DNA of 17,046 bases from a virus (lineage: Duplodnaviria; Heunggongvirae; Uroviricota; Caudoviricetes), in the IMG/VR virus record IMGVR_UViG_2651869780_000020, positions 1 through 17,046 of that record; one strand, 5' to 3'. The position numbers were made by a program, and so were the translations under genes. The notes beneath the pieces were generated by a model that was not told the DNA's origin, made no database searches, and saw only the letters and a program-made list of their open reading frames with translations. Positions 1-10,697 of the stretch are shown here, in pieces (the first letter of the stretch is position 1; each line of letters starts with the position of its first letter).

Positions 1-948
1 GGGCTATTGCAGTACACCGGAACGGCTATTCAGCAAATTACAGGTGCGTCGCAGCTTGAGAACATGCCGAGCAACGTCGCTACCGATACCGTTGATAGCA
101 TCTTTAACCGGATGGACACGCAGTCCTATATCTACATGGACAACATGGCTAAATCCATGCGCCGTGCTGGCGTCGTGTGGCTTTCTATGGCTCGTGAAGT
201 CTATGGCAGCGATACGCCAATGCGCATCGTTAATGAGGATGGCAGCGATGACGTGGCGCTGATGAATGGTGAAGTGGTTGACCGTCAGACAGGGAAGGTT
301 ATCGCGCTTAACGACCTTTCGCAGGGTAACTATGAAGTGACTGTCGATGTCGGTCAGTCGTTCGCTACTCGCCGTGATGCAACGGTTAAGTCGTTGCTTT
401 CCATGCTGTCACTTATCCCGCCAGGAACGCCGAAGCATGACCTTGTATCGTCGATGATTCTCGACAATATGGACGGCGAAGGGATGGGCGACCTTAAAGA
501 ATACAACCGCAATCAGTTGCTTCTGTCTGGCGTTATTAAGCCGAGAACACCAGAAGAACAGCAAATGGTTGAGCAGGCGAAACAACAACAGGCCAGTCAG
601 CCAGATCCGGCTATGGTTGCTGCGCAAGGTCAGCTTCTTGCTGGTCAGGCTGAATTGCAGAAAGCGCAGAACGAACAGGCAGCCATTCAGGTTAAAGCAT
701 TCCAGGCACAGACTGATGCTCAGGTTGCAGCGGCAAACGTTGTGAAAATCCTCGCATCTGCCGATAGCCAGCAGAAATCTGATATCCGCGAGGCTCTGAA
801 ACTGCTCGGACAGTTCCAGCAACAGCAAGGAGACAATGCCCGTGCTGATGCAGAGCTTGTCCTGAAAAGTCAGGCACAGGGTCATGCGCAGCGCATGGAC
901 ATCAGCAGCATCCTGCAAAAATCAACTCAGCAACAACCACAGCAGTAA
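1..948 (+). CDS. Portal protein, C-terminal part (5' end lies upstream of the window)
   Basis: The reading frame is open from base 1; the TTG at 7 in the ORF track is not a real start. Sits immediately upstream of scaffold and coat. Long Gln/Ala-rich helical C-terminus (..QQQASQ..AELQKAQNEQAAIQ..QQQPQQ) fits the extended C-terminal helix of P22-type portals. Stop TAA at 946-948. Confidence 0.8.
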   Translation, partial: GLLQYTGTAIQQITGASQLENMPSNVATDTVDSIFNRMDTQSYIYMDNMAKSMRRAGVVWLSMAREVYGSDTPMRIVNEDGSDDVALMNGEVVDRQTGKVIALNDLSQGNYEVTVDVGQSFATRRDATVKSLLSMLSLIPPGTPKHDLVSSMILDNMDGEGMGDLKEYNRNQLLLSGVIKPRTPEEQQMVEQAKQQQASQPDPAMVAAQGQLLAGQAELQKAQNEQAAIQVKAFQAQTDAQVAAANVVKILASADSQQKSDIREALKLLGQFQQQQGDNARADAELVLKSQAQGHAQRMDISSILQKSTQQQPQQ

Positions 949-1038
949 TTAACCCATAACGTGCAATGGCTGTCTTTATGAGGCCTGGCACCCTATTGCC
1001 TTCCGATGGGCTGAACATCGAGTAAACAGGGGTAACAA

Positions 1039-1932
1039 ATGGACCAGATGGCAGAAAACACACCAGAAGTTGAAATCGAAACCGATGCGTCAGAGCAGAT
1101 TCCTGATGATGTCGAACTGGCTGAAGAAGTCGAAACAGAAGATGGCAGTGAGTCCTCCGGCAATGATGCAGAGGAAGCTACTGAAACTGATGGCGACGAA
1201 TCAGAACAGGAATTCTACTTTGGTGACGAAAAGCTGGATTCGCCAACCAGCGAAGATGGCGCAGAGCATGGACTGGTAAAACACCTGCGCAAGACGATTA
1301 AAGAGAAAGACCGCGAGCTGAAAGAGCTGATGCGTCAGTCTCAGAAACCCGTCGAGCAGCAGCCGGTAATAACTCAACCACCGCGAATGCCAAAACTGGA
1401 TGATGAGGACATCGGTTTCGATGAAGAAATCTACCAGCAACGCATGGCTAAGTGGGCAGAGGATAACGGCAAGTACCAGCAACAGGAGATGGCTCGCAAG
1501 CAGAAGGAGCAGGAGCTTCAGGCTGCCTATCAAGAGCGATTATCCAAATATCAGCAACGTGTTAAGGCTCTCAAAGTTCCTGGCTATCAGGAAGCAGAAC
1601 AGGCCGTACTCGAGGAAATCCCCATCGAGACACAAAACGCGATCCTGTTTGAGTCAGAGAAGCCGGAAATCGTTGTTCTGGCGCTCGGTCGCAACGCTGA
1701 ACTGCGCAAGCAACTGGCAGAAGCTACCAACCCCGTAGCAATTGGTCGTCTGCTGGAACGTATCGAATCGAAGGCCAGAGTCATGCCAAAAGCAAAAACC
1801 ACGGCAGCCACAACCCCGACAGTTAAGGGGAGCAACGGCGCAGTAATCAACAACCTCGGCAAATTGAAAGCCAAGGCGCTGGAAACTGGTGACTGGACGC
1901 CGTATTTCGCCGCTAAAAAGGCAAAAAAATAA
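1039..1932 (+). CDS. Scaffolding protein
   Basis: 297 aa, located between portal and coat. Very acidic N-terminus, central charged helical region, basic C-terminal tail (..LGKLKAKALETGDWTPYFAAKKAKK) resembling the coat-binding helix-turn-helix end of P22 gp8. RBS cagggg at 1027-1032. Confidence 0.85.
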   Translation: MDQMAENTPEVEIETDASEQIPDDVELAEEVETEDGSESSGNDAEEATETDGDESEQEFYFGDEKLDSPTSEDGAEHGLVKHLRKTIKEKDRELKELMRQSQKPVEQQPVITQPPRMPKLDDEDIGFDEEIYQQRMAKWAEDNGKYQQQEMARKQKEQELQAAYQERLSKYQQRVKALKVPGYQEAEQAVLEEIPIETQNAILFESEKPEIVVLALGRNAELRKQLAEATNPVAIGRLLERIESKARVMPKAKTTAATTPTVKGSNGAVINNLGKLKAKALETGDWTPYFAAKKAKK

Positions 1933-1950
1933 CCTATCGGAGCATTAAAC

Positions 1951-3204
1951 ATGGCTAACCAATTAGCAAAAGACCTTGAAATCATGTTCGAAAACTACGT
2001 TGAAGGCTTTGAGGCCGCCTGCGTAGTTTCCCGTAACGCTAAAAAATTCCGTCCCGGTGATACAGCAATGCAGCGAGCAGGTGATGTTCTGTATCGTCCG
2101 CAGCATTACCACATGAACATTGAGGAAGGCCTAGACCTCAGCGGCAAAACGCCAACAGCACTGGTTCAGCGCCTTGTTCCTTCTGTGTTCAAGGAGCCGA
2201 AAAACATTCTGTACACTCTGGATGCGCGTGAAATGCGTGACCCGGAACATAAAACTGAAGCTGGTCGCGCCGCAGGTATGCGCCTTGCTGCACAGATTGA
2301 CTCTGACCTGATTTCCATGGTCACGCAGCGTGCTACTAACGTGATCACAATGGCTGACTCAACCACTGGTTCACAGGGTCGTGATTTGTGGAACTGTGCG
2401 GCAGGTATTGATGCCACCATGACGGCGATTGGTGTACCACAGGGTATCAACCGCCGCTCTTTCTGGAACCCCTTCAACTACAAAGACCTTGCTGGCGAGC
2501 TTGGTCACCGTGCCTATGCTCAGGGCGCAACCCTGACAGCATACGAAAAAGCGCAGATCCCTCCGGTTGCGTCCTTCGATAGCTACAAGACCGATATTTC
2601 TGGTCGTGTTCCGAAGGGTACAGCAACTTCCATTACGCTGGCAGCAGCACCTGCGCACAAGGTTGAAGCGAAAGATGCTAACGAAATGCCAGTGGATAAC
2701 CGACAGGGGACCATTACGGTATCTGCTGAAGGTTTGCAGGTTGGCGATGCGTTTACCATCGCAGGGGTGAATTCCGTACACCAGATCACCAAAGATACCA
2801 CCGGGCAGCCGCAGGTATTCCGCGTTCTGGCAGTTAGCGGAACGACAGTAACTATCTCCCCGAAAATTCTGCCGCCTGACAACGCGGATGTCGCCAGCCG
2901 TCCATATGCAAACGTTGATGCTAATGCGGCAAGTAGCGCAGCAATCACCATTCTCAACAAAAATGCCGCACCGGCTAACCTGTTCTGGGCTGATGGTTCT
3001 GTTGAACTGATGTACGGCAAACTGGCGTTCCCGACTGGTCAGGGTCCACAGGTAATGACAGCAACCACCGAGCAGGGCGCTACACTGATCATGTCTTACG
3101 CCTTCGACCACATCAAAGGCGTAACCACTGCGCGTTTCACCACTCTGTACGGTTGCTCTGTACTGGTTCCTGAATATACGGGCATCGTTATTGCCGGGCA
3201 GTAA
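1951..3204 (+). CDS. Major capsid (coat) protein, P22 gp5 family
   Basis: 417 aa. Recognisable similarity to P22 coat as recalled (e.g. RPYANVDANAASSAAITILN and FWADGSVELMYGKLAFP versus P22 RAYANVN...AVNILN and FWADDAIRIV). Position directly after scaffold; followed by a hairpin terminator. Confidence 0.9.
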   Translation: MANQLAKDLEIMFENYVEGFEAACVVSRNAKKFRPGDTAMQRAGDVLYRPQHYHMNIEEGLDLSGKTPTALVQRLVPSVFKEPKNILYTLDAREMRDPEHKTEAGRAAGMRLAAQIDSDLISMVTQRATNVITMADSTTGSQGRDLWNCAAGIDATMTAIGVPQGINRRSFWNPFNYKDLAGELGHRAYAQGATLTAYEKAQIPPVASFDSYKTDISGRVPKGTATSITLAAAPAHKVEAKDANEMPVDNRQGTITVSAEGLQVGDAFTIAGVNSVHQITKDTTGQPQVFRVLAVSGTTVTISPKILPPDNADVASRPYANVDANAASSAAITILNKNAAPANLFWADGSVELMYGKLAFPTGQGPQVMTATTEQGATLIMSYAFDHIKGVTTARFTTLYGCSVLVPEYTGIVIAGQ

Positions 3205-3210
3205 TTTAGG

Positions 3211-3234
3211 TGGGGCTTCGGCCCCATTTTTATT
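3211..3234 (+). terminator. Intrinsic terminator/attenuator immediately after the coat gene
   Basis: Stem tggggc (3211-3216), loop ttcg, stem gcccca (3221-3226), then T-rich run ttttatt, starting 7 nt after the coat stop codon. Likely partial, since downstream late genes must still be expressed. Confidence 0.6.
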
Positions 3235-3245
3235 GGGAGAAGACA

Positions 3246-3434
3246 ATGGCACGAACAATGCTCTATAAGCCGGGCAACATGATCACCTGTGGTCAGTTTG
3301 CTGTCGATTACATCATTGTTGATGACGAAGAAGTTAAATCTCACCTGAAAAAAGGCTGGGTAAAAACTCCTGAAGAAACCGCAACGAAGCAAAAAGTGGC
3401 TAAGGCGGAAGAAGATGGCGAAAACGAAGGGTGA
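3246..3434 (+). CDS. Small hypothetical protein (62 aa) between coat and gp4
   Basis: ATG at 3246 preceded by GGGAGA (3235-3240) at 5-nt spacing. The GTG at 3210 in the ORF track lies inside the terminator stem and is rejected. The 3' end overlaps the gp4 start by 20 nt. Acidic C-terminus. No family recognised. Confidence 0.45.
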   Translation: MARTMLYKPGNMITCGQFAVDYIIVDDEEVKSHLKKGWVKTPEETATKQKVAKAEEDGENEG

Positions 3435-3876
3435 TCTCGTTCTTAAGGCTTTACGAAAAGCCGGGCTGTATTCCAATGCCACGTTGACAGATGCTGACCC
3501 TCAGGCAATTGAAGATGCCATTAATGACCTCGAAGACATGATGGCAGCATGGCAGGCAAAAGGTATCGAGCTTGGGTATCAGTTTGCTGATACAGAAAAC
3601 GGCATCATGCCGTTACCTGACGATGATTCAGGTATCCCTGCATGGGCAAATGATGGCGTCGCTTTGAAACTCGCTGTGCAAGTGTGCATGGATAACGTCA
3701 TTCAGCCGTCAGACGCTCTCCTTACCGCTGCTGACAGTGCATATCAGACAATCTGTATCGCTTTAACCAAAATACCACCACTTGAGCGGAGAAATGACAT
3801 GCCTCGCGGTAGTGGTAACAAAAGCGCGTTTACGTGGAATCGGTTTTACATCGAGAAAGATGATCCGAGTACGTGA
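3415..3876 (+). CDS. Head-to-tail adaptor / tail accessory factor, P22 gp4-like
   Basis: 153 aa. N-terminus [33 protein letters not shown] closely resembles P22 gp4 as recalled ([33 protein letters not shown]). Position after coat. Confidence 0.85.
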   Translation: [153 protein letters not shown]

Positions 3877-3885
3877 GGTGAATAA

Positions 3886-5304
3886 ATGCCGATTCAGCAA
3901 CTTCCGCTTATGAAAGGTGTCGGCAAAGACTTTCGAAACGCCGACTATATCGACTATCTGCCAGTGAATATGTTGGCAACCCCCAAAGAAATCCTGAACA
4001 GCAGCGGATATCTTCGCTCATTCCCGGGCATTGCCAAACGCTCTGATGTGAACGGTGTATCGCGCGGCGTCGAGTACAACATGGCGCAGAATGCTGTTTA
4101 TCGTGTCTGTGGCGGCAAGCTCTACAAAGGCGAAAGCGAAGTCGGTGACGTCGCCGGAAGTGGTCGCGTATCAATGGCCCATGATCGGACATCACAGGCG
4201 GTAGGTGTTAACGGGAAACTGGTCGAGTATCGCTATGATGGCACGGTTAAAACAGTCTCAAACTGGCCAACAGACAGCGGATTCACGCAGTATGAATTAG
4301 GTTCGGTCCGTGACATTACGCGCTTACGTGGGCGTTATGCGTGGTCAAAAGACGGAACTGATTCATGGTTTATCACTGACCTTGAAGACGAATCGCATCC
4401 TGACCGCTACAGCGCACAATATCGCGCAGAATCGCAGCCGGACGGAATCATCGGTATCGGCACATGGCGAGACTTCATAGTCTGCTTTGGTTCATCAACG
4501 ATTGAATATTTCTCCCTGACTGGTGCAACCACAGTTGGTGCCGCTTTGTATGTCGCACAACCATCACTGATGGTGCAAAAAGGCATTGCCGGAACTTACT
4601 GCAAAACGCCGTTTGCTGACTCGTATGCGTTCATCAGCAATCCGGCAACAGGTGCGCCGTCTGTATACATCATCGGCTCCGGTCAGGTATCACCAATCGC
4701 CAGCGCGAGCATTGAGAAAATCCTCCGCTCCTACACTGCTGATGAACTGGCTGATGGCGTGATGGAATCGCTGAGATTTGATGCGCATGAACTGCTGATT
4801 ATCCATCTTACGCGCCACGTCCTCGTGTACGACGCATCTTCAAGCGCCAATGGTCCGCAATGGTGTGTACTGAAAACAGGCCTGTATGACGATGTGTACC
4901 GCGCTATCGACTTCATTTACGAAGGCAATCAGATAACGTGCGGCGATAAGCTGGAATCCATGACAGGGAAATTGCAATTCGACATCAGCAGCCAGTACGA
5001 CAAGCAACAGGAACATCTGCTGTTTACTCCTCTGTTCAAAGCGGATAACGCCAGAGTGTTCGACCTTGAAGTTGAATCGTCAACTGGAGTTGCGCAGTAC
5101 GCTGACCGCCTTTTTCTCTCTGCAACCACTGACGGCATCAATTACGGGCGTGAGCAGATGATTGAGCAGAATGAACCGTTCGTTTACGACAAACGCGTTT
5201 TGTGGAAGCGTGTCGGGCGAATAAGGAAAAATGTCGGCTTCAAATTGCGCGTTATCACTAAGTCACCTGTCACTCTCTCAGGCTGCCAGATAAGGATTGA
5301 GTAA
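3886..5304 (+). CDS. Tail hub / head completion protein, P22 gp10-like
   Basis: 472 aa, the same length as P22 gp10 as recalled, in the syntenic position between gp4 and the tail needle. RBS gaggtg at 3876-3881. Confidence 0.8.
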   Translation: MPIQQLPLMKGVGKDFRNADYIDYLPVNMLATPKEILNSSGYLRSFPGIAKRSDVNGVSRGVEYNMAQNAVYRVCGGKLYKGESEVGDVAGSGRVSMAHDRTSQAVGVNGKLVEYRYDGTVKTVSNWPTDSGFTQYELGSVRDITRLRGRYAWSKDGTDSWFITDLEDESHPDRYSAQYRAESQPDGIIGIGTWRDFIVCFGSSTIEYFSLTGATTVGAALYVAQPSLMVQKGIAGTYCKTPFADSYAFISNPATGAPSVYIIGSGQVSPIASASIEKILRSYTADELADGVMESLRFDAHELLIIHLTRHVLVYDASSSANGPQWCVLKTGLYDDVYRAIDFIYEGNQITCGDKLESMTGKLQFDISSQYDKQQEHLLFTPLFKADNARVFDLEVESSTGVAQYADRLFLSATTDGINYGREQMIEQNEPFVYDKRVLWKRVGRIRKNVGFKLRVITKSPVTLSGCQIRIE

Positions 5305-6005
5305 TGGCGGATTCGAATCTCAATGTGCCGGTAATCATTCAGGCTACACGGCTCGACACATCAGTCCTTCCACGCAATATCTTCTCGCAGTCGTATCTGC
5401 TTTACGTTATCGCACAGGGCACTGATGTTGGTAACGTGGCTAACAAGGCCAACGAGGCCGGACAGGGCGCTTACGATGCTCAGGTGAAAAACGATGAACA
5501 GGATGTCGAACTGGCTGACCACGATGCAAGAATCACCGCAAACACAAAAGCGATAAATCTCCTTGAGGTCAGGTTAACAACCGCCGAAGGGAAGATAGTC
5601 GTACTGCGTAGCGATGTTGATTACTTGCTGGATGAGGTTATCGATATTCAGGCGCATCTGGTCACTGTTGACCAAAGACTGGATGGCGTAGAAAGCGATG
5701 TATCTGACATTAAGAGTGATTACGTATCGAAAACCGTAACCGAATCGCAGTCTCTTGCGTCACCGCTGGATGTAAAAACATCATATTCAGTTGATGGAAT
5801 TCAGGTTGTTGGAGCAAGAAATACCGGATGGACTGCAGCCACAGGTACACCTCTTCTTGGCTCATTCAACGCTAACCAGTCATACACGGTCGGCACTACG
5901 TACACACAATCCGAAGTCGCGGCTCTCGCTACAGGTTTGCAGCAGGCGCGGCAGCGTATTCTGGCGCTTGAAACAGCACTTAGATTACATGGGCTGATTG
6001 ACTGA
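5304..6005 (+). CDS. Tail needle protein, P22 gp26-like
   Basis: 233 aa. N-terminus [43 protein letters not shown] and C-terminus ..ALRLHGLID are highly similar to P22 gp26 as recalled; coiled-coil heptads in between. Start overlaps the gp10 stop (TAATG). Confidence 0.9.
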   Translation: MADSNLNVPVIIQATRLDTSVLPRNIFSQSYLLYVIAQGTDVGNVANKANEAGQGAYDAQVKNDEQDVELADHDARITANTKAINLLEVRLTTAEGKIVVLRSDVDYLLDEVIDIQAHLVTVDQRLDGVESDVSDIKSDYVSKTVTESQSLASPLDVKTSYSVDGIQVVGARNTGWTAATGTPLLGSFNANQSYTVGTTYTQSEVAALATGLQQARQRILALETALRLHGLID

Positions 6006-6460
6006 TGATTACATTCAAACCAACGCGAAACATCGACCTGATCGAAGCAGTCGGAAATCACCCTGACATTATTGCCGGGAGCAACAACGGTGATGGATAC
6101 GACTACAAACCTGAATGCCGTTACTTTGAGGTGAACGTGCACGGGCAGTTCGGCGGCATTGTTTACTATCAGGAGATTCAGCCGCTGACATTCGATTGCC
6201 ACGCCATGTACCTGCCAGAGATTCGCGGCTTCAGCAAGGAAATCGGTCTGGCGTTCTGGCGATACATTCTGACTAACACCACCGTTCAGTGCGTCACATC
6301 GTTCGCTGCACGTAAATTCCGCCACGGTCAGATGTACTGCGCAATGATTGGCCTTAAGCGTGTAGGAACCATCAAGAAATACTTCAAAGGCGTGGATGAC
6401 GTGACGTTTTACAGCGCAACACGCGAAGAACTAATCGACTTCCTGAATCACGGGAGATAG
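6005..6460 (+). CDS. gp14-like protein (head assembly / ejection-associated)
   Basis: 151 aa in the P22 gene-14 position between the tail needle and gp7. Start overlaps the gp26 stop (TGATG). Assignment is by synteny and size only. Confidence 0.65.
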   Translation: MITFKPTRNIDLIEAVGNHPDIIAGSNNGDGYDYKPECRYFEVNVHGQFGGIVYYQEIQPLTFDCHAMYLPEIRGFSKEIGLAFWRYILTNTTVQCVTSFAARKFRHGQMYCAMIGLKRVGTIKKYFKGVDDVTFYSATREELIDFLNHGR

Positions 6461-6462
6461 CC

Positions 6463-7158
6463 ATGTTATATGCATTTAAGCTGGGCAGAAAACTGCGCGG
6501 CGAGGAACCTTATTGCCCTGAAAAAGGCGGGAAAGGTGGCAGTTCTGATAAAAGCGCAAAGTATGCAGCAGAAGCTCAGAAGTATGCCGCAGACCTGCAA
6601 AATCAGCAGTGGCAGACGATCATGAAAAACCTTGCTCCGTTCACGCCACTCGCTCAGCAGTACGTATCACAATTGCAGAATCTTTCCTCTCTTCAGGGAC
6701 AAGGTCAGGCACTTAACCAGTATTACAACTCTCAGCAGTACAAAGATCTTGCTGGTCAGGCTCGCTATCAGAGTCTGGCTGCAGCGGAAGCAACAGGTGG
6801 ATTGGGTTCCACTGCAACCGGTAATCAGTTAGCAACAATCGCACCAACGCTTGGTCAGCAGTGGCTGTCTGGTCAGATGAACAACTACCAGAATCTGGCA
6901 AATATTGGTCTTGGCGCACTGCAAGGTCAGGCAAACGCCGGGCAGACATATGCCAACAACATGAGTCAGATTTCGCAGCAAAGTGCGGCTCTTGCCGCTG
7001 CTAATGCCAATAAACCATCAGGTCTTCAGACAGCAATTAGCGGCGGAGCTTCAGGGGCTATGACTGGCGCTGCTCTTGGCTCTATTGTTCCCGGACTTGG
7101 CACTGGATTAGGTGCGGCAATTGGCGGCGGACTTGGCCTGCTTGGATCGTTGTTTTAA
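6463..7158 (+). CDS. Ejection (injection) protein, P22 gp7-like
   Basis: 231 aa versus about 229 aa for P22 gp7. Gln-rich low-complexity middle and a Gly/Ala-rich hydrophobic C-terminus (GAALGSIVPGLGTGLGAAIGGGLGLLGSLF) consistent with a membrane-inserting ejection protein. RBS gggaga at 6452-6457. Confidence 0.8.
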   Translation: MLYAFKLGRKLRGEEPYCPEKGGKGGSSDKSAKYAAEAQKYAADLQNQQWQTIMKNLAPFTPLAQQYVSQLQNLSSLQGQGQALNQYYNSQQYKDLAGQARYQSLAAAEATGGLGSTATGNQLATIAPTLGQQWLSGQMNNYQNLANIGLGALQGQANAGQTYANNMSQISQQSAALAAANANKPSGLQTAISGGASGAMTGAALGSIVPGLGTGLGAAIGGGLGLLGSLF

Positions 7159-7167
7159 GGGGTAATC

Positions 7168-8574
7168 ATGGCTACTTGGCAAGGAACAAATGGCGGATTG
7201 TTGGCTGGTATCGGTGGTGTCAACTCAAACGCTCCGAGCGTAAATGACATCGGCAATACGCTTCAGCTTATCAGACAGAACAATGATATTGAGCGTTCAG
7301 GCGCTAACAATGTTGGGCTGACTGCTTTGCAAGGTCTTTCAGGTATTGCGGGGGTGTTTCAGCAGGAAAAGCAGGCTCAGCGGCAGAAAGAATTTCAGCA
7401 GGCATACGCTAATGCTTATGCGTCTGGTGATCGCGGTGCTTTGCGTCAGTTGGCTACTCAATATCCAGACCAGATTGAATCCGTTCGTAAAGGCATGGGA
7501 TTCATTGACGAAGACCAGCGCAATTCTATCGGCACCTTAGCGGCTGGCGCACGCCTTGCGGCCTCGTCTCCAGAAGCAATGCAATCATGGCTGCAAAACA
7601 ACGCCAAGGAACTGGCGCGCGTCGGTGTTGACCCTAATAACGTTGCTCAGATGTATCAGCAGAATCCTTCAGGATTTGGTGAGTTTGTTGATCACCTTGG
7701 GATGGCTGCGCTTGGTCCGATTGATTACTTCAATGTTCAGGACAAGATGGCTGGTCGTGAGATTGACCGAGGCAGACTGGCAGAGACAATCCGCAGCAAT
7801 CAGGCTGGAGAAGCACTTCAGGCGAGAGGGCAAAACCTTTCCTATCAGTCAGCAATGACTGGGCACAATATCGCAGCACAACGCTTGGCTCTGGATCAGC
7901 AAGAGTTCGGGTTTAAGATGCAGCAAGCGCAGGAAAAGGCTCAGCAGTTGATTAGCGAAGCACCTAAGCTGTCAGTAAACATGGAAAAAGGCATCGAGAC
8001 GGCTGTAAACAATGCTACAGCATCATCAAACTCAGCCAATTCTATGAGTGCGCTTGCTCAACAGTTCAGAGCAGAAAAACCAACGACAGGTTTGTTCGGT
8101 AACGCACAGAACATGTTCGCAAAACTTACCGGAAGCGATACAACATTGCGTGATTTGCGCATCCGCCAAAATGCCCTTGTTAACAGTCAGGTTCTTAAAT
8201 TCCTACCTCCAGGCCCCGCAACGGATAAAGACGTTGAGATCGTTCGGCAGGGTGCACCAACTGACATGGATAACCCTGAGACGGTCGCAAGATGGCTTGA
8301 TGCGATGGCAAACCTTGAGCGACGAAACGCGCAGTTTAATGAGTTTAAAGCCGAGTGGATGAGCGCGAATGGCAATCCAGGACAATCGCGTAATGGCGGT
8401 CAGATATTGGGGTTGGATGTTAAAAAAGGTGAATCATTGGGGAGTGCCGTTAAGCGGTATATGTCAATGAATACTGACGCAGCGCCAGCACAAGATTCGA
8501 CACCTTCAGGAGAACCACGGAATCAGGTTGGATCATATACCTCAAAATCAGGCATTCAATTTACGGTGGAATGA
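7168..8574 (+). CDS. Ejection (injection) protein, P22 gp20-like
   Basis: 468 aa versus about 471 aa for P22 gp20; syntenic; RBS aagggg. Stop overlaps the next start (ATGA at 8571-8574). Confidence 0.8.
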   Translation: MATWQGTNGGLLAGIGGVNSNAPSVNDIGNTLQLIRQNNDIERSGANNVGLTALQGLSGIAGVFQQEKQAQRQKEFQQAYANAYASGDRGALRQLATQYPDQIESVRKGMGFIDEDQRNSIGTLAAGARLAASSPEAMQSWLQNNAKELARVGVDPNNVAQMYQQNPSGFGEFVDHLGMAALGPIDYFNVQDKMAGREIDRGRLAETIRSNQAGEALQARGQNLSYQSAMTGHNIAAQRLALDQQEFGFKMQQAQEKAQQLISEAPKLSVNMEKGIETAVNNATASSNSANSMSALAQQFRAEKPTTGLFGNAQNMFAKLTGSDTTLRDLRIRQNALVNSQVLKFLPPGPATDKDVEIVRQGAPTDMDNPETVARWLDAMANLERRNAQFNEFKAEWMSANGNPGQSRNGGQILGLDVKKGESLGSAVKRYMSMNTDAAPAQDSTPSGEPRNQVGSYTSKSGIQFTVE

Positions 8575-10697
8575 TGAAAGTAACTGCAAACGGTAAGACA
8601 TTTACCTTCCCTGATGGTACGAGCACGGAAGATATTGGCACCGCCATTGATGAGTATTTTGCTGGTCAGGCTGTTCAGCAACAAACAGTTAATCAGGCCA
8701 ATAATGAACCAGCACGTGAAGAACCATCATTGATGCAACAAGCTGGCGATTGGCTCACAGGTGGTCAAAGTGCAGGGCAAATTGCAGAGCAGGCTGGTCG
8801 TGGTCTGGTAAACATACCATTTGACGTATTGCAGGGTGGCGCAAGTCTGATTAATGCAATCAGCCAGGGGCTTGGTGGCCCCAAGGTTTTGGATGATGTT
8901 TATCGCCCTGTCGATCGACCGACAGACCGTTGGGCGCAAGCCGGTGAAACATTTGGTGGGTATCTCCTGCCAATTGGCACAGCGGCAAAAGCTGCTGGAG
9001 CGACAGCAAAGCTCGCAGGAGACATCGGTTCCGCAGGAAACATGATTGCAGGTTCTCTTGCTGATGCTGCAAATCAGAAGGGTGATTTTGCACAAAATGC
9101 TGCCATTAACGGTGGTATCAATATTGGTGCTCAAGGCGTTCTTTCAGGTGTCGGGCGCGTTATTGCGCCAAGGGTTTCACAGGCTCTTGGTGGTGCAGCA
9201 CTGAATTCTGCTAATGATGTTTCCAGGATGGCAAAGTCAGGTGCTGGGCGTCAGTCAATTGCCAGTCAGGCCGCTAATGTGTCCGAAGATGTAGCAAAAG
9301 CGGCTGAGTCTGCTGGAATTGATATAAACGCATTAACACCAGGAATGCGATCTGGAAGTCGTGGAATTGCACAAGCCGAAGGCGCATTGGCATCAACACC
9401 AGGAATTGTTCAGGACGCCCATCAGGCAGCATTTAACGAAATATCATCAAAGTTAAGTCGAAACCTTGATGAATTTGGGGCCGCATCTGGAACGGCATCA
9501 GAAAAAAGTGCGGCTATAAAACAAAGGATTCTTCAAAATCTTGAACAGATGAAGGATGCCGAGCGCGCGGCATGGGATGACGTGCGGTCAACAATGCCAA
9601 ATCAAAAAGCAAGAATGCTAAATGGTAATGCCGTTATTCAGGCAGAGCGATCTGCTGGCATACCGCTTACTCCTGAAATGAAACAGTTTGTTCAGGCAAA
9701 CAATCAAGGTGGAGTAACATTTGATGGCATGAAAGCATGGAGAGCGAAATTTGCTGATGCGGAGCAAAAATATAAGCGTAGCGGAGAGGCAAATGCGGCA
9801 AGGAGAGCAGGGGAAATACGCCGGGCAATTACTGATGATATGCGCACAATGGCGGAAAACGGCGGATTTCTTGATGACTGGCAGAAAGCTAATGATCTGT
9901 CTAAAGCGAGGTTATCAGCACAAGAGAGTGCAGAGTCTGTTTTCGGGCGTGATTTGGCAACAGATGCACTGATTACGAATGGAGTAAAATCCCTTCAATC
10001 ATCGTCAGCTAAAGGTCTTAATGGCCCTGCTGGGTTCCATTCTATGATCCGCGCGCTGCCAGAATCAGAGCGTGTTCCTGCTATATCATCAATGTTGCAA
10101 GACGCTATCTCGCATGGTGTACGTGGTGGCAAAGCTGATGCAGCAGGAATTAACCATATCGCAGGGATACTTACCCCACAAAATGTAAAAGCCATTAGCA
10201 GATATTCCTCAGAACTCGGAAGAATTGCTGATGCATATGGCACTCTTGCAAGAGCAGCAGTGAAACCTCAGCAGTATATTGAAAGAACAGGGAGAACTGC
10301 CAATGTACTACGCGATCTGGATGCTGGTTTATCCAACGTCACATCAACAGTGTTAAATGCAATTGCCAACTCAACATCAGGTGCCATTGTTGGTGGCGCT
10401 GGAGGGGGTATTGCAGGCGCTGCCGCGGGTGCTTTAGTTGGCGCTGGGTTAAAAGGCGCTGTATCTAAAATTGCCACCACACGTAGTGGCCGATATGCGA
10501 TAGAGAAAGCTGTTCAGGAAGCCACCAAAGCAGTAAGAGCAGGCGGAAGTAAAGAAGCATTAGCGGCTGCGGAACGCAGATTTATGGCAAATAAGGCCGC
10601 CGTAAAAGCAATACGCGAGGCACTAGGAAACGAAGAGTTCCAGCGTTTAGCAAGAGCTGGAATTGTGGCATCGCTAAGCGGAATGGCACAGGAGTAA
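8571..10697 (+). CDS. Ejection (injection) protein, P22 gp16-like
   Basis: 708 aa, last and largest of the three ejection proteins. Gly/Ala-rich segments. Translationally coupled to gp20. Longer than P22 gp16 (about 609 aa as recalled). Confidence 0.8.
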   Translation: MMKVTANGKTFTFPDGTSTEDIGTAIDEYFAGQAVQQQTVNQANNEPAREEPSLMQQAGDWLTGGQSAGQIAEQAGRGLVNIPFDVLQGGASLINAISQGLGGPKVLDDVYRPVDRPTDRWAQAGETFGGYLLPIGTAAKAAGATAKLAGDIGSAGNMIAGSLADAANQKGDFAQNAAINGGINIGAQGVLSGVGRVIAPRVSQALGGAALNSANDVSRMAKSGAGRQSIASQAANVSEDVAKAAESAGIDINALTPGMRSGSRGIAQAEGALASTPGIVQDAHQAAFNEISSKLSRNLDEFGAASGTASEKSAAIKQRILQNLEQMKDAERAAWDDVRSTMPNQKARMLNGNAVIQAERSAGIPLTPEMKQFVQANNQGGVTFDGMKAWRAKFADAEQKYKRSGEANAARRAGEIRRAITDDMRTMAENGGFLDDWQKANDLSKARLSAQESAESVFGRDLATDALITNGVKSLQSSSAKGLNGPAGFHSMIRALPESERVPAISSMLQDAISHGVRGGKADAAGINHIAGILTPQNVKAISRYSSELGRIADAYGTLARAAVKPQQYIERTGRTANVLRDLDAGLSNVTSTVLNAIANSTSGAIVGGAGGGIAGAAAGALVGAGLKGAVSKIATTRSGRYAIEKAVQEATKAVRAGGSKEALAAAERRFMANKAAVKAIREALGNEEFQRLARAGIVASLSGMAQE

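Noticed and set aside
409-918. 169-aa and 61-aa ORFs on the - strand inside the portal gene (409-918, 692-877)
   Set aside because: They lie entirely antisense to a well-supported structural gene, have no RBS, and their products are low-complexity; they are shadow ORFs.
1201-1985. Antisense and alternative-frame ORFs within the scaffold gene (1070-1279 +, 1201-1533 -, 1400-1738 +, 1587-1985 -)
   Set aside because: They overlap the scaffold coding frame, which has the expected acidic-N / basic-C architecture; no independent signals.
3210-3245. GTG start at 3210 for the small ORF after coat
   Set aside because: The GTG lies inside the terminator hairpin stem and has no SD; the ATG at 3246 with GGGAGA upstream is preferred.
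2166-3482. Long - strand ORFs across the coat gene (2166-2477, 2371-3258, 2583-3020, 3096-3482) and a + strand ORF at 2567-2770
   Set aside because: They are antisense or out of frame relative to the coat protein, which has recognisable P22 coat similarity; the Cys/Arg-rich translations are typical of shadow frames in GC-balanced coding DNA.
3908-6325. Antisense and embedded ORFs in gp10, gp26 and gp14 (e.g. 3908-4195 -, 4731-4916 -, 4929-5141 -, 5791-5997 +, 5801-6325 -)
   Set aside because: Contained within well-supported structural genes on the opposite strand or in another frame; no start signals.
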